Positions 39,265 through 52,274 of a DNA stretch of 64,000 nucleotides are shown piece by piece. The first letter of the stretch is position 1. Every line of letters starts with the position of its first letter. The notes beneath the pieces are model-generated. The model was not told the origin of the DNA. It saw only the letters and a list, made by a program, of their open reading frames with translations, and ran no database searches. Position numbers and translations under genes: made by a program. The DNA comes from Chiloscyllium plagiosum (Eukaryota): assembly GCF_004010195.1 (NCBI RefSeq), contig NC_057759.1, forward strand, positions 343,518 to 407,517. The letters are read 5' to 3'.

Positions 39265-39720
39265 GGCAAGTTTCACATACGAGGAATAGCTGAGGATCCT
39301 GGGATTGCATTCATTGGAGTTTAGAAGATTAAGGGGAGATCTAATAGAAACTTACAAAGATAATACATGGCTTGGAAAGGGTGGACGGTAGGAAATTGTT
39401 ACCGTTAGGCGAGGAGACTAGGACCCATGGACACTGCCTTAGAATTAGAGGGGGTAAATTCAGAATAGAAATGCGAAGACATTTCTTCAGCCAAAGAGTG
39501 GTGGGCCTGTGGAATTCATTGCCATGGAGTGCAGTGGAGGCCAGGACGCTAAATGTCTTCAAGGCAGAGATTGATAAATTCTTGATGTCACAAGGAATTA
39601 AGGGCTACGGGGAGAATGCGGGTAAGTGGAGTTGAAATGCCCATCAGCCATGATTGAATGGTGGAGTGGACTCGATGGGCCGAATGGCCTTACTTCCGCT
39701 CCTATGTCTTATGGTCTTAT
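39265..39720 (+). mobile_element. Well-preserved CR1 3' end
   Basis: ORF 39372-39635 RTHGH...FFSQRVVGLWNSLP; tail cctatgtcttatggtcttat. Confidence 0.9.
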
Positions 39721-39844
39721 AACTTGCCCATGACTGATGTCGAGCAACACAGCCCAATATGCAGATATCACAGAGTTATGGACTGGATATCAGTGATCAA
39801 GAGGGACGTTTGCAATTTTTAACTGGAGCAAATTTCTGCTCATG

Positions 39845-40160
39845 GAGGCAGTAGCTTAGTGGTATTATCTGAAGACTATTAAACTAGGGATCCAGGTAAT
39901 GTTTGGGGGGGATCTGGTTTTGATATCCACTATGACAGATGATGGAATTTGAATTCAATAAAAATCTGGAATTAAAAGGCTAACAATGACCTGGTTGAGT
40001 GTTCGAAAATCCCACCTGGTACGCTGAAGTCCTTTAAAAGAAAGAAACCCTGTCCATACCCAGTCTGCTGTACGTGATTCTAGATCCACAGCATTGTGGT
40101 TGGCACTTAACTGCCCTGGATGAGCGAGTGATGCTCACAGCCTGTGACTTAATAAGTCAA
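39845..40160 (+). mobile_element. SacSINE1-like tRNA-derived SINE
   Basis: gaggcagtagcttagtggtatt head; ggaatttgaattcaataaaaatctgg body; homologous to 11405-11625. Confidence 0.55.
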
Positions 40161-40644
40161 TAAAACATCCAGTGCTGTAGAATACACTGTCTGATAATTT
40201 AGCAACAGTGGAATAACGGAGACATTGAGTTGTCTGATGAGGTAGAATTGAGTAATGTCAGCAGAGGTGTGAAAACGAACACCATGCCTTTGGATGAGCT
40301 CACCTCATGGTGCCGTTTGGTTGAGAACAGCAGGAGCCAGGGATAGGCTCTTCCCTTGGGGGTTACCAAGTTCTAGGTTTTTGGAAAGGAAAGGGAGTTT
40401 GGAAATGAGGCCACGTTGGTTTTCACTGGATGATGATGGTGGAATTAAAGTGACAGGGACCTTACCAGATGAGAGCAAGAACTGGTAACAATATCAGGGA
40501 ATGGGAGGAGGTTGGATGTTTGGCCATTAAGTGGAAAAATGGTCAAGAGATGAGAAGTTGGTTCTCATGGACAGGAGGAGCTCCCAAGGTAGGAGGGTAG
40601 CTGGATAAAGTTGAATATTAAGGACGCAGACAAGGTGGAACTTC

Positions 40645-40835
40645 AGAGACAGTTTCAGAGAAAGGATGGAAGAGAAAGAGACAGCTGCTCAGATTATCTC
40701 AATCTGAACGACAAAGAAGCTCCGTGAGCTCTGTACAAGCAGAGACAGTTTCAGAGAAAGGAGGGACATGGAAGAGACAGCTGCTCAGATTATCTCAATC
40801 TGAATGACAAAGAAGCTCCGTGAGCTCTGTACAAG
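40645..40835. repeat. ~95-bp tandem duplication
   Basis: agagacagtttcagagaaagga...gagctctgtacaag occurs twice. Confidence 0.85.
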
Positions 40836-41105
40836 ATGGAAGAGAGAGAAAGGGAAACTTTTCAAAAGGAAGTGAAAAGGACATTAGAAAGTGTTAGCAA
40901 ACTGGGTGTTTACCACAAATTTGATATAATTGACCTTTAATAAACACCTGTAACCAAGCTAGAATTTTCACAAGGTCAATTGAAAAAGACTGCAATGAAT
41001 CAAATTGGATGCTGGATGTGATCAACAGCAAATTCCAACTCCTTCACTTATGGAAGTTACTTTGGCAGTTATGTAGTTAACTGATGCATGCTCGGGATCA
41101 TATTA

Positions 41106-41326
41106 CAGGGCTTCAATAACAGATAATGATAGTGTATTGTGATAGGTTAGCTGAATCACTGGTTCATGAGTTTATGCTGAAGACAATGAGGTTATAATCT
41201 GATAGGTTAAGTGTGATGCAGGGAACCAATCAGTCGACAACCTCATTATCTTTAGCATTAGCTCATGTACCAATGATTCAGCTAACCTATCACAATGCAC
41301 TATCATTATCTGTTACTGGAGCCCTG
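41106..41326. mobile_element. MITE-like element with long imperfect TIRs, TA-flanked (Tc1/mariner-type)
   Basis: TA|CAGGGCT...AGCCCTG|TA; ~90-bp arms with about 10 mismatches. Confidence 0.6.
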
Positions 41327-41407
41327 TAATATGATCCCGAGCATGCATCAGTTAACTACATAACTGCCAAAGTAACTTCCATNNNNNNNNNNNNNNNNNN
41401 NNNNNNN

Positions 41408-41627
41408 CCACTGCAGCGGACAGCTGGAACTGACAACCGGAAGCGGCAGATTCAAACCACTACAAATGCAGGAGGAAAGATCACAGAAACGCTTCACAGG
41501 AGGCTCCCAAGCACTGAGGATGTCACCTAGACAGGGGACGAAACGTCTGCAACACAAATTCCCAGCTCGGCGAACAGAACCACAGCTACGAGCACCCGAG
41601 CTACAAATCTTCTCACAGACTTTGAAC
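41408..41627 (+). mobile_element. Penelope 3' terminal (pLTR) fragment
   Basis: Near-identical to 51049-51262. Confidence 0.9.
41511..41550 (+). ncRNA. Minimal type-I hammerhead ribozyme motif, intact core
   Basis: GCA-CTGAGGA-T-GTCACCTAGACAGGGGAC-GAAAC-GTC-TGC: stem I GCA/TGC, stem II, palindromic ACGT in place of stem III. Confidence 0.8.
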
Positions 41628-41862
41628 TGTGTGTTTAACACAAAGTGCATTTGTTTCATTGTCATCCGGAATAGTCATCCCTTTAACTGAGCTGGTGTTC
41701 ATTAACTTCAGTAGAAACCTGCCACAGTGGACATCATTCAGTTATCAATTACAAAAATAATTAAGTTCTTTGACATAGCTCCATATCAGGTGGGACTTGA
41801 AACAAAATGTTCTGGCTGAGACTATGAAGCAGGGAGATGTTCACAGTAAAAACCAGGCACTG

Positions 41863-42316
41863 TCATTTCTCATGAATACGCTGGTGTTTCAGCAGCTTGG
41901 ATTTCACAATGAATCTCTTCCCACAGTCAGTACAGCCTCTAACTTCAGAGAAATCGCCGGTGTTTTCACAGGTTGGATTTATGAGACAATCCTTTCCTGT
42001 TGTGTGAGCAGGTGAATGATCTCTCCCCAGTGTGGATCTGCTGGTGTTTAATGAGGTTGGACGACGGCTTGAACCCACACCCACAGTGAGAGTTCATGAA
42101 GGGTCTCTCGTCACAGTGAGGATTTTGTTGGGATATCAGTGCCCCAGAGTTTTTAAAGCACCTCCTACATTCGGAGCATTTCAAAGGTCTGTTTTCTTTG
42201 TGAACTTGCTGGGGTTTCAGCAAGGTGGATGATCGAGTGAATCCTTTCCCAGACAGGGCAGATGATCTGCTGAAGACTTGTCCACATGTACAACACACGT
42301 ACGGTTTCTCCCCCAC
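41863..42316 (-). pseudogene. Decayed C2H2 zinc-finger pseudogene
   Basis: GEKPYVCCTCG..., HQQIHTGERSFTC, CTDCGKRF..LLKHQRIH in two frames; lost Cys/His residues and internal deletions. Confidence 0.9.
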
Positions 42317-42499
42317 TGTGAATGGTGCTTTTTTAATGCAAAACCCAATGATATTCAGATGACAATAAATTCGGCAGCTTAGTCAGATTGGGAAGTGATG
42401 CCTGGTTTTAAGTCTCCTCATTGCAAATCATCTTCTTCCAATACCCTGTGAAATTCATTGAAAACAAAAGGCAAATCAAGTGAGAACCCAGAAAAGGAT

Positions 42500-43150
42500 G
42501 TTTAAAACCATCAGATGCAACTCAACCCAGCAAGCCTGCTGTCACCATTCAGTGAGATCAGAGCTGATCCAATAATCTTCAGCTCGATTTTCCTGCCTTA
42601 TGCCCCCACCCTTGAATTCCTTACTAATTGAAAATCTATTTATCTCAGCCTTGGACACACTGAGCAGCACAGCCTTTACAGGCCACTGCAGTATTCAGTA
42701 CCCCAAGAGAAGGAATTCCTCTACATCTGTTTTTAATAGGTGATTCCTTACTCTGAGATTATGTCCTCAAGTCCTCAACTCTCAAATAAGTAGTAATAAT
42801 CTCCCAGAATCTACAATGTCAAGCTCCTCAGAATCTTTCCATAAGGTCTTGTCTCATTCTTCTGAACTTCAATGAGCACAGAAGCAGTCTGCTCAAACTC
42901 ATCTCCTGAGAAATTCCTCCCATATCCAGATCAATGTCCTGAACACTCTATGGTCTGCCTTTCCCAAAACAAGGGACAAAAGCTATTGACAGGATTCCAA
43001 ATGTGATCTCACTCGTGTCTTGTACAGTTTTAGCAAAACTTCCATTTTTCTCCCCATTCCCTTTAAATAAAAGCCAACTTGACTATTTTCCTTCCTGAAT
43101 ACCCACTGAACCTGGATGCTAGTTTTTCATCTTTCAAGCAGAAGGACCCA
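42500..43150 (-). mobile_element. Decayed CR1 3' fragment
   Basis: Reverse complement of CR1 tail and RT C-terminus. Confidence 0.7.
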
Positions 43151-43789
43151 CAATTCTGTGCTGCAGTTTTCCCCTTGTTAAATAATATTCACCTCTCCTC
43201 GTCTTCCTGCCAAAATGCATATATTTTCCCACATTATATGCCACAGCTCTGGAAGGACTAGAATGAGAGGAGCTTTATCAATCATACCTTGAACACAACC
43301 GCCCAAACCAGCCACTTCCACCACCATGAAGGACCGGGGAGCATGTGTATGTGACCAGCACTCTCTTGGAGATCCCTCCAACTCGCACAACGTCCCAACA
43401 TCCAGTGCTGGATGAATAGAAATTGCCTCCAACTTAATCAAGAACTTGGGAGCAGAGTCTGTTCGAGAGAGATGTGAGGAATGACTTCAATATGAAAAGG
43501 GTGGAAAAGGTTGTTAGTTTTCAGTCTGAGACGGATAAACTTTTGTTCAACAAAGGTATTCAGGGATATGGGCCAAAGGCTGAACTCCATGCAGCAGCCA
43601 TGAGTTAATTCAATAGTGGAACACCTGAAGGGCCTACTTCTGATCCTTTGTTCACTAAAAGCTGCTGGCTTCAGTCCCTGTACAAAACTTCCAAACTCCC
43701 AAACTATATCACCCCCTCAGGTAACTATCTGGACCAGGCTCTTCCCAACATTAAGGGACTATTGCACTTGGAGATTAGCTTTGAACCAC

Positions 43790-44200
43790 AGACCCACATC
43801 CTCACCGTGACATTCTATTTCCATTTCAGTAACATGGCCTGACTCCAACACAGTTTCAGCTCCAGGTGCTGATAATCTCATCCAGTCCTTTGCAACCTCG
43901 AGACTGAATGACCCTAACACACTTCTGATCCACCTCCCACTTTCAACCTCCCTGTAATCTTGAGTTCATCCAACACCCCGCTGCCCATGTACTCGCTCAC
44001 ACTGGGTTTTGTTCCCCTCACCCTGAGCTCACTGACATGAAGAGGTCGCAAGTTGAGGAAAAGCAACATTTTAACAAATTTCTCATCCTTTTTTTCAAAT
44101 CCTTCTATGATAGTGATCATTTCCATCTCTAATCTCTGCCAGCCACGCAATCTTTCAAGATATCTGCACTTACTTAATTTTGGCTTCTTGAGCATGGTCA
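43790..44200 (+). mobile_element. L2-clade LINE fragment
   Basis: Codons resembling YFH..N.A.L and LIQSFATSRL, an L2 RT C-terminal motif. Confidence 0.6.
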
Positions 44201-44269
44201 ATTAATCTCCCCGACAACAGTGGATGTTCTTTCAGCATGAAATGTTTAAAAATCAAGTTAAGCACCAAG

Positions 44270-46914
44270 TCATTGAAATGGAGGGGCCAGACTAGGCGAG
44301 GTGTTGTAACTGCATGATGTCAGAGCTGTTGGACCCAATAGTGGTTCATAGCTACTACAACCATAACAAATGTTGGTTGAGGGATTCCAGCTCAGATTGT
44401 TGAGCTGAAGTCTGAGCTCCGAACACTTCCACACACCAGGGAGGGATCGGAGTTACCTGGATGCTCTGTTTCAGGAGGCATTAGATTAACTACCTCAAAT
44501 CGATCAGTGGTCAGGGACAGAAGGGTGTGACTATACTGAGGCAGGCAGAAGGAAGCAGAGGGTAGTGCTAAATGAGCCTCAGCCCATCAGCTTGTCGAAC
44601 AGGTTTGAGATTCTTGCTCCCTTTGTGGATGAGAGTGGGGTCTGTAGGGAGAATGAGCAAACTGACCACAGCACTGTGGGAGAGGGAGCGATTCTAGAGG
44701 AAGGAGAAAAGTGAAATGCAAGTGTAATTGGAAACAGTGTAGTCAGGGGAATAGAGACTCTTCCCTGTTGCCAGAATCGAGAGTCCCGAAGGCAGATTTG
44801 CCTGCCTGGTGCCTGGCTTCACAATAGTCATCTGGGCTGCAGAGGAACGATCCAGTGGTCGATATAGACAGAAGGAGGGAAGAAGGTCTGCTGAAGGGAT
44901 AAATTAAAAAACAGAATAAAAAATCTCTAGATTACTACTCGAGCCACAACGTCAGCAAGATTATAACAGTAAGATATGTGGGGCTGAACGACTGGTGTAG
45001 GAGAAANNNNNNNNNNNNNNNNNNNNNNNNNNNNNNNNNNNNNNNNNNNNNNNNNNNNNNNNNNNNNNNNNNNNNNNNNNNNNNNNNNNNNNNNNNNNNN
45101 NNNNNNNNNNNNNNNNNNNNNNNNNNNNNNNNNNNNNNNNNNNNNNNNNNNNNNNNNNNNNNNNNNNNNNNNNNNNNNNNNNNNNNNNNNNNNNNNNNNN
45201 NNNNNNNNNNNNNNNNNNNNNNNNNNNNNNNNNNNNNNNNNNNNNNNNNNNNNNNNNNNNNNNNNNNNNNNNNNNNNNNNNNNNNNNNNNNAGGACTGGT
45301 AACTAATTATCCAAGCTATCGAAAAGGCAATGGGCAGAGTCAGAGGGGTTGCCTTGTTAGCAAGAAATAAAATTAAATTGACAGCAAGAAGCGAAATAGA
45401 GTCAGAAGGTGTAGAATCCATAGTGTAGAGATCAAGACCCTCAAAGGGAAAAAGACCCCGAAGGAACTTGTGTACAAGCCATTAGCCATTGTCAGGATGT
45501 GGGGGAGAAAATACATCAGGAGACTATAAAAAACATGTAAGGAACTGTTGCAATAATCATTGGGGACTTCAATATGCAGGTGGACTGGGAAAGACAGGTT
45601 GGTAGCGGTTCTCAAGCAAACGTGGAATTATCGGAGAAATGTTTTGTTTGGAGCAGTTTGTGGAAGTGCACACTCAGGAACAGGCGATTCTGGAGTTAGT
45701 AAGGTGTAACGAGGGAGACTTGATTAGGGAGCTCAAAGTGAAGGAACTCCTAGGAGGCAGTGGCCATAACAGAATAGAGTTCACCCTGCAGCTTGAGAGG
45801 GAGAAGATTGAATCAGAGGTAACGGGATGACAATTGGGTAAAGGTAACTAAAAAGACATGTGGGTGGAGCTGGACAGAATTGACTGGAAAGGAGAGCCGA
45901 CCAGCGAAGACAGTGGAGCAGCAATGGCAGGAGTTTCTGGGTTAATTCAGGAGACATTGCAGAAATTCATCCCAAGGAAGAAGAAAAACACTAAGGGGAG
46001 GATGAGACAACCCTGGTTGACAGGAGAAGTCCGGGAGAGCATAAAGGCAACACAAGCAGCATATAATGTGGTAAAGATTAGTGGAAGCCAGAAGATTGGG
46101 AAGTCTTTAAAAAACAGAAATAACTTTAAGAAAAGGTGGGTACGGGGAAAGAGGTGAAATATGAGAGTAAGCGCGCTACTAATACAGAAGAGGACTGCAG
46201 GCAATTTTCTTGGATATCTAAGCGGTTACGAAGAGACAAGAGTGGACATTGGACAGCTTGAAAACAATGCTGGAAAAGTAGTAATGGGGAACCACGGCAT
46301 GGCAGAGGATCTGAAGAGGTACTTTCCATCAGTTTTTAACAGTGGAAGACACCAGCAACCGACCAGAACTTCAAGGGGATCTTGGGGACAGAAGTGAGTG
46401 CATTGGCCATTGGTAAGGGGAAGACGCTAAGCCGAAGGCGGATAAATCACCAAGACCGGATGGACTACACTCCAGATAACTGAAGGAGACAGCAGAGTAG
46501 ATTGGAGAGGCATTAGTGATGATCTTTCAGAAAGCACTGGAATCAGGCAGGGTCCCAGATGACTGGAAAATGGCTAATGCAACACGTGTTTAAGAAAGGG
46601 AGGCAGAGGCTGGAAACTATAGGCTACGTAGCTAGAATGTCGTCATTCCTAAGGTTTGAGAATCCCTTGTTTAGAATGAGGCTGCAGAGTACTTGAAAGT
46701 GCATGGTAAAATAGGGTAGAGTCAGCACGGCTTTGTTAAGGAAAGATCTTCCCTGATAAATCTGTTCAAATTCTTTGAGGAAGTTAGAAGCAAGTTAGAC
46801 AACACAGAGCCAGTGGGTGTAATCGATTTGCATTTCCAGAAGGCCTTTGATAAGGTACCACACAGCAGGCTGCTAAACAAAGTAAAGGCAGAGAATTGGC
46901 TGCTTGGCAGAAGG
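44270..46914 (+). mobile_element. Decayed CR1 (ORF1, endonuclease, RT start) spanning a gap
   Basis: LSNRFEILA (ORF1); IIIGDFN; ILELVRCNE; LHFQKAFDKVPHSRLL. Confidence 0.85.
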
Positions 46915-47414
46915 NNNNNNNNNNNNNNNNNNNNNNNNNNNNNNNNNNNNNNNNNNNNNNNNNNNNNNNNNNNNNNNNNNNNNNNNNNNNNNNNNNNNNN
47001 NNNNNNNNNNNNNNNNNNNNNNNNNNNNNNNNNNNNNNNNNNNNNNNNNNNNNNNNNNNNNNNNNNNNNNNNNNNNNNNNNNNNNNNNNNNNNNNNNNNN
47101 NNNNNNNNNNNNNNNNNNNNNNNNNNNNNNNNNNNNNNNNNNNNNNNNNNNNNNNNNNNNNNNNNNNNNNNNNNNNNNNNNNNNNNNNNNNNNNNNNNNN
47201 NNNNNNNNNNNNNNNNNNNNNNNNNNNNNNNNNNNNNNNNNNNNNNNNNNNNNNNNNNNNNNNNNNNNNNNNNNNNNNNNNNNNNNNNNNNNNNNNNNNN
47301 NNNNNNNNNNNNNNNNNNNNNNNNNNNNNNNNNNNNNNNNNNNNNNNNNNNNNNNNNNNNNNNNNNNNNNNNNNNNNNNNNNNNNNNNNNNNNNNNNNNN
47401 NNNNNNNNNNNNNN

Positions 47415-48147
47415 TAAATACTGATGCAAGATCCTCGTTTAGTATCTCCCCCATCTCGTGCGGCTCCACACAAAGGCCATCTTGCTGATCTGTGAGGGGC
47501 TGAAAATGTGTTGCTGGAAAAGCACAGCAGGTCAGGCAGCATCCAAGGAGCAGGAGAATCGACGTTTCGGGCATGAGCCTTTCTTCCTGAAGAAGGGTTC
47601 ATGCCCGAAACGTCGATTCTCCTGCTCCTTGGATGCTGCCTGACCTGCTGCACTTTTCCAGCAACACATTTTCAGCTGATCTCCAGCATTTGCAGTCCTC
47701 ACTTTCTCCTAGAAGATCTTTGAGGGGGCCCTATTCTCTCCCTAGTTACCCTTTTGCCCTTGATGTATTTGTAAAAGCCCTTTGGATTCTCCTTAACTCT
47801 CTATTTGCCAAAGCTATCTCATGTCCCCTTTTTGCCCTTCTGATTTCTATCTTAAGTATACTCCTAATGCCTTTATACTCCCCAAAGGATTCACTCGATC
47901 TATCCTGTCTATGCCTGACATATGCTTCCTTCTTTTTCTTAAGCAAAATCTCAATTTCTTTAGTCATCCAGTATTCCCTGCACCTACCAGCCTTTCCTTT
48001 CACCCTAACAGGAATATACTTTCTCTGGACTCTCGTTATCTCATTTCTAAAGGCTTTCCATTTTCCAGCTGTCCCTTTACCTGTGAACATCTGCGCCCAG
48101 TCACCTTTTGAAAGTTCTTGCCTAATACCGTCAAAATTGGCCTTTCT
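47415..48147 (-). mobile_element. CR1 ORF2 fragment with a palindromic hammerhead-bearing insert (47499-47710)
   Basis: ORF 47746-48150 matches CR1 copies at 5530 and 16300. Confidence 0.85.
47584..47617 (+). ncRNA. Minimal hammerhead motif in a short repeat
   Basis: ttc-CTGAAGA-A-GGGT-TCAT-GCCC-GAAAC-GTC-gat. Confidence 0.7.
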
Positions 48148-48612
48148 CACTAGCGATGTTTAAACATGGCTGGGTTTTAGAGGGTTATCTTTTACCAGCA
48201 TTTCTTATTTTTGAGATGGTGAAAACTGAGTACACCAAACTGCTCTCTGTTTTGGAGTCATCAATAATCAAGAAACAAGAAAGCAAAGTGAACCGAAAGG
48301 TTAGAGATCAGAATGTTAAACCAACAGCAAACAATACCTCAAACCGATAATTAAGGTCATAGCCTCAACCCAGCAGGAATATAAACCAAAGCTCTTGGCG
48401 ATATATCAACCTTTCAAAGCAGTTCACAAACCAGGTGACTCAATAACATTGAATGTGTCTTTTGCATCAACATTCACTACAGAGTTTGTGCCCACCCTTC
48501 CAGAACAAGTTCACGTTGTAAATTACCCCAGGGTCTCTACCTTCCTATGTTTTTTGTTACTATTATTCGCTCATGGCACATGGGCATCCCCTGCTGGACC
48601 CAGCATTTATTG

Positions 48613-51266
48613 TTGTGGTTCTGTTCGCCGAGCTGGGAATTTGTGTTGCAGACGTTTCGTTCCCTGTCTAGGTGACATCCTCAGTGCTTGGGAGCCTCCT
48701 GTGAAGTGCTTCTGTGATGTTTCCTCCGGCATTTATAGTGGTTTGTATCTGCCGCTTCCAGTTGTCAGTTCCAGCTGTCTGCTGCAGTGGCCGATATATT
48801 GGATCCAGGTCGATGTGCTTGTTGATAGAATCTGTGGATGAGTGCCATGCCTCTAGGAATTCCCTGGTTGTTCTCTGTTTGGCTTGTCCTATAAAAGTAG
48901 TGTTGTCCCAGTCAAACTCATGTTGCCTGTCATCCACGTGTGTGGCTACTAAGGATAGCTGGTCGTGTCGTTTCGTGGCTAGTTTGGTGTTGATGGATAC
49001 GGATCGTTAGCTATCTTCCTGTGTTTGTCCTATGTAGTGTTTTGTGCAGTCCTTGCATGGGATTTTGTACACTATATTGGTTTTGCTCATGCTGGGTATC
49101 GGACCCTTTGCCCTGGTGAGTTGTCATCTGAGAGTGGCTGTTGGTTTGTGTACTGTTATGAGTCCTAGTGGTCGTAGTAGTCTGGCTGTCAGTTCAGAAA
49201 AGTTCTTGATGTATGATAACGTGGCTAGTCCTTTGGGTTGTGGCATGTCCTCATTCCGTTGTCTTTCCCTTAGGCAACTGTTGATGAAATTGTAGGGGTA
49301 TCCATTTTTGGCGAATACATTGTAGAGGTGTTCTTCTTCCTCTTTTTGCAGCCCTGGTGTACTGCAGTGTGTTGTGGCCCTTTTGAACAGTGTCTTGATG
49401 CAACTTCTTTTGTGTGTGTTGGGGTGGTTGCTTTCGTAGTTCAGGACTTGGTCTGTGTGTGTGGCTTTCCTGTATACCTTTGTGGTGAATTCGCCGTTCG
49501 GTGTTCTCTGTACCATCACGTCTAGGAAAGGGAGTTGGTTTTCCTTTTCTTTCTCTCTAGTGAATCTGATTCCTGTGAGTGTGGCGTTGATGATCCGGTG
49601 TGTGTTCTCTATTTTATGTTTTTAATGATTACAAAGGTGTCATCTACATATCTTACTCAGAGTTTGGGTTGAATTTGTGGGAAGACTGTTTGTTCTAATC
49701 TTTGCATTACAGCTTCTGCTATGAGTCCAGAGATGCATGAGCCCATGGGTGTGCCATTGATTTGTTCATATATTTGGTTGTTGAATGTGAAGTGTGATGT
49801 GAGGCACAGGTCCAGTAGTTTGAGTATGCAGTCTTTGTTGATAGGTTCCCAGTCTTGTTGTCTGTTCTGTATGTCCAGCAGGTTGGCTACTGTTTCTCTG
49901 GCTAGGGTTTTGTTGATAGAGGTGAACAATGCCGTTACGTCGAATGAGACCATAGTTTCTTCCTTGTCTATATATATATTTCTGATGATGTCCAAGAATT
50001 CCTGTGTTGATTGTATAGATTGTCTGGATCCGCTGATCAGGTGTTTCAGTTTCTGCTGTAGTTCTTTAGCCAGTTTGTGTGATGGTGTCCCTGGTAGTGA
50101 TACTATGGGTCTGAGTGGGATGTCTGGTTTGTGTACTTTAGGTAGACCATATAATCTGTGGGTGGTGTTGCTTTCAGGATTCATTCTCTGTAGGTCAAAC
50201 CTGGTTATCTGTCCATTTTTTTGTAGGTTCCTCAATGTTGTTTATCCTATTGGTAAGCTGTGGGGTGGGGTCAAACCCTCTCTTTTGGTCGGTGTTGGTA
50301 TCTGCAAGTAGTCGTTGCGCTTTCTGGATGTACTCTGCTTTGTCCAGGATGACGGTCATTCTGCCTTTGCCTGCTGGTAGTATGATTATGTTCTTATCGT
50401 TTCTTAGTGTTTTTAGTGCTTCCCTCTCCTTGGTGTTGATGTGTGTTTGTCTTTTCCTTGTTATCAGGGGTACGAGACTTTGTCTCACTATGTTGTGTCT
50501 GAGACATAACAAACAAAGTATCGTCACACAATCACACAAACTGGCTAAACAACTACAACAGAAACCGAAACACCTAATCAGCTGATCCAGACACTCCATA
50601 CAGTCAACACAGGATTTCTTGGACATCAGAAGTATACATATAGACAAGGAAGAAACTATGGTCTCATTCGATGTAATGGCATTGTTCACCTCTATCAACA
50701 AAACCCTAGCCAGAGAAACAGTAGCCAACCTGCTGGACATACAGAACAGACAACAAGACTGGGAACCTATCAACAAAGACTGCATACTCAAACTACTGGA
50801 CAAAAGAAGTTGCATCAAGACACTGTTCAACAACTGATCCGTATCCATGAACACCAACTAGCCACGAAACGACACGACCAGCTATCCTTAGTAGCCACAC
50901 ACGCAGATGACAGGCAACATGAGTTTGCCTGGGACAACACTACTATTATAGGACAAGCCAAACAGAGAACAGCCAGGGAATTCCTGGAGGCATGGCACTC
51001 ATCCACAGATTCCATCAACAAACACATCGACCTGGACCCAATATACCGTCCACTGCAGCGGACAGCTGGAACTGACAACCGAAGCGGCAGATACAAATCA
51101 CTAAATGCCGGAGGAAACATCACAGAAGCGCTTCACAGGAGCCTCCCAAGCACCGAGGATGTCACCGACAGGGGACGAAACGTCTGCAACACAAATTCCC
51201 AGCTTGGTGAACAGAACCACAACGAGCACCCGAGCTTCAAATCTTCTCTACAAACTTTGAACACCT
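48613..51266 (-). mobile_element. Penelope-like retroelement: RT plus GIY-YIG on minus (48613-~50500) and an inverted, internally deleted copy on plus (~50500-51266)
   Basis: LYGLPKVHKPDIPLRPIVS, SFDVTALFT, GTPMGS, RYVDDTF (49633-49653), NIVYKIPCKDCTKHYIGQT; flanked by 11-bp direct repeat agcatttattg (48602-48612, 51267-51277). Confidence 0.95.
48648..48687 (-). ncRNA. Minimal hammerhead motif in the Penelope terminus
   Basis: GCA-CTGAGGA-T-GTCACCTAGACAGGGAAC-GAAAC-GTC-TGC; a mutated copy (CCGAGGA) lies at 51150-51187 +. Confidence 0.75.
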
Positions 51267-51612
51267 AGCATTTATTGCCCAACTCATCTCTAGTTGCCCC
51301 CTTGAGAAGGTAGGCATGAGCTGCTCTCTTGAACTGCTGCATTCCATGTTCTATAGATAGACACATATTGCCCTGAGGGAGGGAATTCCAGGATTTTGAC
51401 ACAATGACACTGAAGGAACAGTGTTATATTTCCACGTCAGGACACTGAGTGGCCGGAAGGGGAACTTGTAGAGGGTGGATGTTCCCACATATCTGCTGTA
51501 CTTGTGCTTCTAGATGGAAGTGGTTGTGAGTTTTGAAGGTGCTGCCTGAGGATCTTTGGTGTACTTCTGCAGTACATCTTGTAGATGGTAAACACTGCTG
51601 CTACTGAGCATG

Positions 51613-51918
51613 GCTAGCACGGTGGTACAGTGGTTAGCATGCTGCCTCACAGCACCAGAGACCTAGGTTCAATTCCCACCTCAGGTGACTGACTGTGTGG
51701 AGTTTGCACGTTCTCCCTGTGTCTGCGTGGGTTTCCTCTGGGTGCTCCTGTTTCCTCCCACAGTCCAAAGATGTGCAGGTTAGGTAAATTGGCCATGCTA
51801 AATTGCTGGAATTGTTAGGTAAGGGGTAAATGTAGGGGTATGGGTGGGTTGCGCTTCGGCGGGTCGGTGTGGATTTGTTGGGCCGAAGGGCCTGTTTCCA
51901 CACTGTAATGTAATCTAA
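51613..51918 (+). mobile_element. HE1/V-SINE
   Basis: Head gcacggtggtacagtggttagc; tail cactgtaatgtaatcta. Confidence 0.85.
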
Positions 51919-52274
51919 AACGTAAATGTAAATTTCTAAGAAAGTGGATGCGGTTCCAACCAAGTGGAGCTGGTTTGTTCCGCGATGATGTCTAGCTTCG
52001 AGTGTTGTTGGAGCTGCAACTATTCAGGCAAGGGGGGAGCATTCCATCACCCTCCTGACTGGAGACTGAGATAGTTGGAATGGCTCTATCAGGGAAGATT
52101 CTAACCATATATATCCCTCCATGGAAAAAAGGAATGAAATCACGACGAATCAATATTGTTCTGTCTTCCTCAGATGGATCCCACGGCCTATGCCACAAAT
52201 TCCAAACTGAGTCATACCCATCGCACACAGCCTACCTCAGATATACAGAAAGCCTTTGATTTTCTGCCATTTGT

